From: a virus
Taxonomy: Duplodnaviria; Caudoviricetes
DNA: 58,677 nucleotides
IMG/VR virus record: IMGVR_UViG_3300043429_001390
Location: 1-58,677 of that record
Reading direction: 5' to 3' (one strand)
Numbering within the stretch: position 1 is the stretch's first letter; each line of letters opens with the position of its first letter. Made by a program: the position numbers and the translations under genes. The notes beneath the pieces were generated by a model. It made no database searches. It saw only the letters and a list, made by a program, of their open reading frames with translations, and was not told where the DNA came from. Shown one piece after another: positions 54,096-58,677 of the stretch.

Positions 54096-54118
54096 ACTCA
54101 TCGTCCCCAGGAGTACCA

Positions 54119-55087
54119 ATGAACATCATCCCGTTCGAGGGCAAGACCCTCCCCGCCTACCTCAAGAAGTTCGACGTCTCGGCGCTGAACGCGGACCTGA
54201 CCGCCCACGCCGGCGGCGGCTTCCCCGTGCTGTCCACCAAGGGCAACAAGTGGGCCGTCGTGCGCGACGGCGAGCGCACCGTGCTGCCCAACCCCAAGGA
54301 CCCGGAGAGCCCGGCGACCTACGTGGACGTGGTCATCATCAAGGCCAACAAGGACAAGTCCAAGGTCTTCTACCTGAAGGGCTATGACCCGGAGTCCAGC
54401 GAGAAGCAGAAGCCCGACTGCTACTCCCCCGACGGCATCGCCCCCGGCGCGGACGCGGCCGCCCCACAGGCCAAGAAGTGCGCCACCTGCCCGCACAACC
54501 AGTGGGGCTCGAAGATCGGCGACAAGGGCGCCACCAAGGGCAAGGCGTGCAGCGACAACGTGCGGCTGGCGGTGGCCCCCGCCGGGCAAGTCAACGACCC
54601 GATGCTGCTGCGCGTGCCGCCTGCGTCCATCCGCAACCTGGGCGAGTACGGCCAACTGCTGGCCAAGCGCGGCGTGGGCTACAACATGGTGGTCACCAAG
54701 ATCGCCTTCGACCCCGACTCGCTCGGCAAGATCACGTTCAAGCCCGTGGGCTTCCTGGACGATGCGTCCTACGCCGAAGTGCAGGAGGTGATGGACTCCG
54801 ACCTCGTGCGCGACATCACGGGCGGTAGCCTCACGCAGGTCATCGAGTCCGTGGCTGCCGCCGATGCGCAGGAGATCGCCAAGGAAGCCGAGGCCAAGGA
54901 AGTGGTCAAGCAGGCCGTCTCCAAGGCCAAGCAGGTCACCGACGAGGAAGTCGAGACCGCCGTGCGCGCCGCAGAGAAGCCCTCCAAGGCCAAGCCGGCC
55001 GAAGACAAGCCCAAGGCCAAGGCGAGCCCGGTCGTCAGCGAAGATCTGGACGTCGACCTCGACGGCATCAGCTTCGACGACGAGTGA
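54119..55087 (+). CDS. ssDNA-binding / annealing protein, 322 aa
   Basis: PDCYS.DG, CATCPHNQWGS..GKAC; acidic C-terminus ending DLDGISFDDE. Confidence 0.7.
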   Translation: MNIIPFEGKTLPAYLKKFDVSALNADLTAHAGGGFPVLSTKGNKWAVVRDGERTVLPNPKDPESPATYVDVVIIKANKDKSKVFYLKGYDPESSEKQKPDCYSPDGIAPGADAAAPQAKKCATCPHNQWGSKIGDKGATKGKACSDNVRLAVAPAGQVNDPMLLRVPPASIRNLGEYGQLLAKRGVGYNMVVTKIAFDPDSLGKITFKPVGFLDDASYAEVQEVMDSDLVRDITGGSLTQVIESVAAADAQEIAKEAEAKEVVKQAVSKAKQVTDEEVETAVRAAEKPSKAKPAEDKPKAKASPVVSEDLDVDLDGISFDDE

Positions 55088-55097
55088 ACCACAACAC

Positions 55098-55131
55098 GGG
55101 GGAGGCGCGAGGGCGACCTCCCCCTTCTGTC
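55098..55131 (+). terminator. Probable intrinsic terminator after SSB-like gene
   Basis: GGGGAGG..CCTCCCC followed by TTCTGT. Confidence 0.5.
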
Positions 55132-55147
55132 TGCACCTGGGGCTTGC

Positions 55148-55399
55148 ATGTCATACAACATTGAACCGAGGAAAGTTGCCGGCGTGGTCAAGGAGGCCAG
55201 CGCCGCGCTCGAAGGCAAGGACTTCAACCACGGCGAAGTCCTGGTTGGACTGGCTGAACTGCTGGGCCGTGTCATCGTGGACGTGGGCAAACACCACGTC
55301 CACATGGATGACATGAAGAAGGTCGTCGTCGACCACCTGGAGCGGACTGTCCGCATCGGGGCCCACGCCACGGAGAAGAGTATCGCCGCACGGGGGTGA
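55148..55399 (+). CDS. Hypothetical protein, 83 aa
   Basis: ORF immediately upstream of primase. Confidence 0.65.
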   Translation: MSYNIEPRKVAGVVKEASAALEGKDFNHGEVLVGLAELLGRVIVDVGKHHVHMDDMKKVVVDHLERTVRIGAHATEKSIAARG

Positions 55400-55400
55400 G

Positions 55401-58388
55401 ATGGACACCCTTGAGTTTCTGCGCACGATCCTGCCCGACGAGGGCATCTACTATCTGGCCCTCTTCCGCGAGGGCTACCAGTTCCCGGCGCACCGCGCCT
55501 ACACCGACCTGGAGACCATGGCCTACGCCGTCGAGGAGATGGCGGACAAGAAGGGCCTGTCGGTCTACCACGCCTGCGCCAGCTACCAGAAGGCAGTCAT
55601 CGAGATCGAGTCCGATGACCCCGACAAGCCCAAGCGCAAGTACCGCATCCCCGAGAACTGGGACCGCGCCAAGGCGTTCTGGGTCGACATCGACTGCGGC
55701 CAGGAGAAGTTCGACAAGGGCGACGGCTACATCACCAAGGCTGATGCGGCCAAGGCAGCCTTCAAGTTCGCCGACACCATCGGCTGGCCGCGCCCCATGC
55801 TCGTGGACTCGGGCAACGGGCTGCACGCCTACTGGCCGCTGATCAAGCCGCTGAAGGCCGAGAGCTGGCGCAAGATCGCCAACGTGTTGAAGGCCACGCT
55901 CGCCCACGAGGGCGTGCGGGCTGACCCCACGCGCACGGCCGACTTCAGCTCCATCCTGCGCCCCGTGGGCTCGGTCAACCGCAAGAACGGGGGGTCGAAG
56001 GCCGTCAAGGTCAAGTCGCTTTGCGTTGCCCAGGATGCAAAAGCGTTAGCAACTGCCCTGCTGAAGTACGCCACCGAGCACGGCGTGAAGCAGCCCAAGG
56101 CGGCAGCACCGTCCAAGCCTCGGGGTGGCGCGGACCTGAACTCGGACCTGACTGGGCACCTGTCGTACCCGGACATCCCGAGCAAGGGGGCCGAGGTGGC
56201 CTCCAAGTGCGCCCAGGTCGCTCTCATGCGCGACACCGCCGGCGACGTGAGCTACGAGCACTGGCGTGGGGTCATCGGGCTGCTCACCCACTGCGAGGAC
56301 GGACGCGAGCTGGCCGAGGCCTGGAGCGCGGAGCGGGAGAACACCGGCCACGCGCAGACCGACTGGCATACCCGGTTCGACACGTGGGGCTCCGGCCCGA
56401 CCACCTGCGAGTTCTTCGAGAAGTGCAACCCCGACGGCTGCACGGGCTGCGAGTTCAAGGGCAAGGTCAAGTCCCCCATCATCCTGGGGCGGGTCATCCC
56501 GATCGCCGTCGAGTCCGAGGTCGAAGTCATTAGCAACGAGGGCGAGTCCGAAGTCGTCACGACTCCGGCGCTGCCCACGTCTTACGTGTACTCCAACGGG
56601 CTGCTCACACGCCTGCTGCCGGACAAGGACGGGGTGCTGCAGTCGTTCCCCTTCTGCACCCTACTCTTCTACCCCACGGCGCGCATCCGGGCCGAAGACG
56701 GCACCTACCGCATCGGCATGCGCATGCACCTGCCCAACAAGCGCGTGCGCGACTTCGAGATGACACACGAGTCCATGGCCTCGCAGACCGACATGCTGAG
56801 GGCGATGGCCAAGTACGAGCTCACGCAGAGCAACCACAAGGACGCAGGCTCACACATGGCTGCCTACCTTCGAGACCAACTGGAGGCGCTCAAGCGCCAA
56901 GTCGAGGAGGTCAGCACGCTGACCAGCTTCGGCTGGAAGTCTGACGGCGCGTTCCTCATCGGGGACCGCCTCTACGGCGCCGACGGCTCGGTGCGCAAGG
57001 TGCTGCTGGGCGGCTCGGCCACCAAGTACTCGGCGAGCCTGCCCGCCCCCAAGGGCACGCTGGCCGGCTACGCCTCGGCGCTCAACTTCATGTACAACCG
57101 CGCCGGCATGGAGCACTGGCAGTACGCCATCTGCTCCGGCTGGGGGTCGATGCTGACACCCATGTGCGAGGAGCTCTTCAAGGGCCTTCTGGTAGCGCTG
57201 CGCGGAGGCGACTCGGGCAAGGGCAAGACCACCTGCTGCTACGCGAGCCTGTACGCCTTCGGCAACGCCGAGGGCATGTCGCTCAAGTCCAAGGACGGCT
57301 TCACGTACAACGCGCTGTGGGCGGTGCTCGGGGCGTTCAACAACCTGCCGGTGCTGCTCGATGAGCTCACCAACATGGACGCGGCGATGTTCTCCGACCT
57401 CGCCTACGGCGTGTCCAACGGACAGGAGAAGATCCGCCTGACCTCCAAGGGCGGCAGCGTCGGGTTCGCCAACACGATCCAGTGGCGGCTCTCCCCCTTC
57501 GTGACCGGCAACCGCGACTTCCACGGACTGCTCGCCACCACCCAGGCGAACTCGCAGGCCGAGGCCGTGCGCCTCGTGCAGATCAACGTGGACACCTACC
57601 CCGTGGTCCACCTGGACGAGGACCCCCAGCGCGAGGCCGAGATCGCGCAGCAGTGCATCGAGGCCATGAAGGCCAACGCCGGGTGCGCCGGCGACGCCAT
57701 GATCCGCTACGTCGTGCAGAACGTGAAGGCCCTCACCGACGAGGTGCGCGCCACGACGCTGGAGCTCGCCCGGCACCTGCCCGACACGAAGTACCGCTTC
57801 TACCGCGCGCACGGCGCATGCACGCTCACCATGTGCAGAGTTGCCCGCGACCTGGGCATCGTCGAGTTCGATCTCGATCGGCTCTTCGAGTTCACGGTCG
57901 AGCTGCTCAAGGAGCTGGCCGAGAACGTCGCCATCACCAACACGGTGACCATGGAAGACGCCTTCAGCCGCATGATGGCCGAGCTCGCCAGCCGCATCAT
58001 CGTAACCCACGAGTTCCGCGACGCCCGCCACAAGAACGGCCCGGAGACGCCGCGCAACCGCATCCAGGGTGCAGTGGCCGGGCGCTACGTGCTGGGCACC
58101 ACGACGTCGCGCGACTGCGCCGGGTACATCATGCTCAACCAGAAGGAGGTGCGCGACTGGTGCATGCGCAACCGCACCGACTACAACGCCATGGTCGGGC
58201 AGCTCGAACGCGACGGCGCGCTCGTCAAGCGCATGGACAAGATCACGCTCACGCGCGGCACCGACTTCCCCACCGTGCAGGCCCGCTGCATCATCGTCAA
58301 CTCGTACAAGCTGGACAAAGAGGCGCTAACTCTTGTTAGCAACAGTGTAGGCGAAGAGGGTGACAGACAAGCGGTCGGAGAGGTATGA
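55401..58388 (+). CDS. Primase-helicase fusion (AEP/RepB'-like primase, PriCT-like, DUF927-like, P-loop), 995 aa
   Basis: FWVDID, VDSGNGLHAYW, ILRPVGSVN, SYEHW, C..C..C Zn site, FGW..FLIG, GDSGKGKT, LLDELT. Confidence 0.9.
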   Translation: MDTLEFLRTILPDEGIYYLALFREGYQFPAHRAYTDLETMAYAVEEMADKKGLSVYHACASYQKAVIEIESDDPDKPKRKYRIPENWDRAKAFWVDIDCGQEKFDKGDGYITKADAAKAAFKFADTIGWPRPMLVDSGNGLHAYWPLIKPLKAESWRKIANVLKATLAHEGVRADPTRTADFSSILRPVGSVNRKNGGSKAVKVKSLCVAQDAKALATALLKYATEHGVKQPKAAAPSKPRGGADLNSDLTGHLSYPDIPSKGAEVASKCAQVALMRDTAGDVSYEHWRGVIGLLTHCEDGRELAEAWSAERENTGHAQTDWHTRFDTWGSGPTTCEFFEKCNPDGCTGCEFKGKVKSPIILGRVIPIAVESEVEVISNEGESEVVTTPALPTSYVYSNGLLTRLLPDKDGVLQSFPFCTLLFYPTARIRAEDGTYRIGMRMHLPNKRVRDFEMTHESMASQTDMLRAMAKYELTQSNHKDAGSHMAAYLRDQLEALKRQVEEVSTLTSFGWKSDGAFLIGDRLYGADGSVRKVLLGGSATKYSASLPAPKGTLAGYASALNFMYNRAGMEHWQYAICSGWGSMLTPMCEELFKGLLVALRGGDSGKGKTTCCYASLYAFGNAEGMSLKSKDGFTYNALWAVLGAFNNLPVLLDELTNMDAAMFSDLAYGVSNGQEKIRLTSKGGSVGFANTIQWRLSPFVTGNRDFHGLLATTQANSQAEAVRLVQINVDTYPVVHLDEDPQREAEIAQQCIEAMKANAGCAGDAMIRYVVQNVKALTDEVRATTLELARHLPDTKYRFYRAHGACTLTMCRVARDLGIVEFDLDRLFEFTVELLKELAENVAITNTVTMEDAFSRMMAELASRIIVTHEFRDARHKNGPETPRNRIQGAVAGRYVLGTTTSRDCAGYIMLNQKEVRDWCMRNRTDYNAMVGQLERDGALVKRMDKITLTRGTDFPTVQARCIIVNSYKLDKEALTLVSNSVGEEGDRQAVGEV

Positions 58389-58473
58389 TGCGCCCCGTTA
58401 GTTCCTACAGGTGCTTTCTCCGGGGTATGGGTTGGGAGTTCTCGGCCGCCCCGGATCTTTTTCCGAGGCTGCG

Positions 58474-58677
58474 ATGAAACTGACCCTAGATGCCAAAGGC
58501 CTCGCCGAGGCCCTGAGCCTGCCGGTGCGCACTGTCCAGCAGTACGCCTCCCGCTACCCCGACAGGCTGCCCCCGCGGCTCAATCTGCCCAGCCGAAAGC
58601 TGATGTGGGCTGTGGCTGACGTGCAGGAGTGGATCGAGCGCCATCGTGCAGCTTCGCAGCCAGCTCCGCAGGAGTAG
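58474..58677 (+). CDS. Excisionase / AlpA-like HTH protein, 67 aa
   Basis: LAEALSLPVRTV..LPP..RKLMWAVADVQEWI; GAGG RBS. Confidence 0.7.
   Translation: MKLTLDAKGLAEALSLPVRTVQQYASRYPDRLPPRLNLPSRKLMWAVADVQEWIERHRAASQPAPQE

Larger units (their letters stand above)
1..58677. mobile_element. Tailed bacteriophage / prophage genome, podovirus-like (terL-portal-scaffold-capsid-adaptors-tail-internal virion proteins; own PolA replication module)
   Basis: Complete set of head, lysis, tail and replication genes in two divergent arms; no host housekeeping genes; no tail tube/sheath or tape measure recognised. Confidence 0.95.

Noticed and set aside
1-58677. tRNA or rRNA genes
   Set aside because: No cloverleaf with a T-loop consensus noticed in intergenic gaps; tRNAscan/ARAGORN would be needed to exclude fully

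Overview
The window is a near-complete, GC-rich tailed-phage (or prophage) genome with podovirus-type architecture, trimmed at stop codons on both ends. Two divergent arms meet at a non-coding region near 34.6-35.2 kb. The minus-strand late arm (1-34.6 kb) carries a small ribbon-helix-helix regulator, terS/terL, an extra 863-aa virion-type protein, portal, scaffold, major capsid, head-tail adaptors, a holin/lysozyme cassette, tail and fibre proteins, a membrane fatty-acid desaturase, a DDxxD isoprenoid-synthase-like protein, and internal virion proteins including a 2608-aa polyvalent protein. The plus-strand early/replication arm (35.2-58.7 kb) carries many small ORFs, a MoxR-type AAA ATPase with a vWA/metallopeptidase partner, DUF3310-like and MazG-like proteins, a family A DNA polymerase, PD-(D/E)XK, VRR-NUC and HNH nucleases, an SF2 helicase, an SSB-like protein, a primase-helicase and a terminal excisionase-like HTH. 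No integrase, tRNA, reverse transcriptase or CRISPR array was seen. Most notable: (i) a candidate virion-protein lipidation module (DDxxD prenyltransferase-like gene coupled to an internal virion protein beginning MGW, just downstream of a desaturase); (ii) a ~780-bp region with nine 17-bp palindromes, a second 9-bp motif and nested long inverted repeats; (iii) three tail genes that look like a chain of split Ig-like domains. All family assignments are from motif recognition by eye, not database searches.
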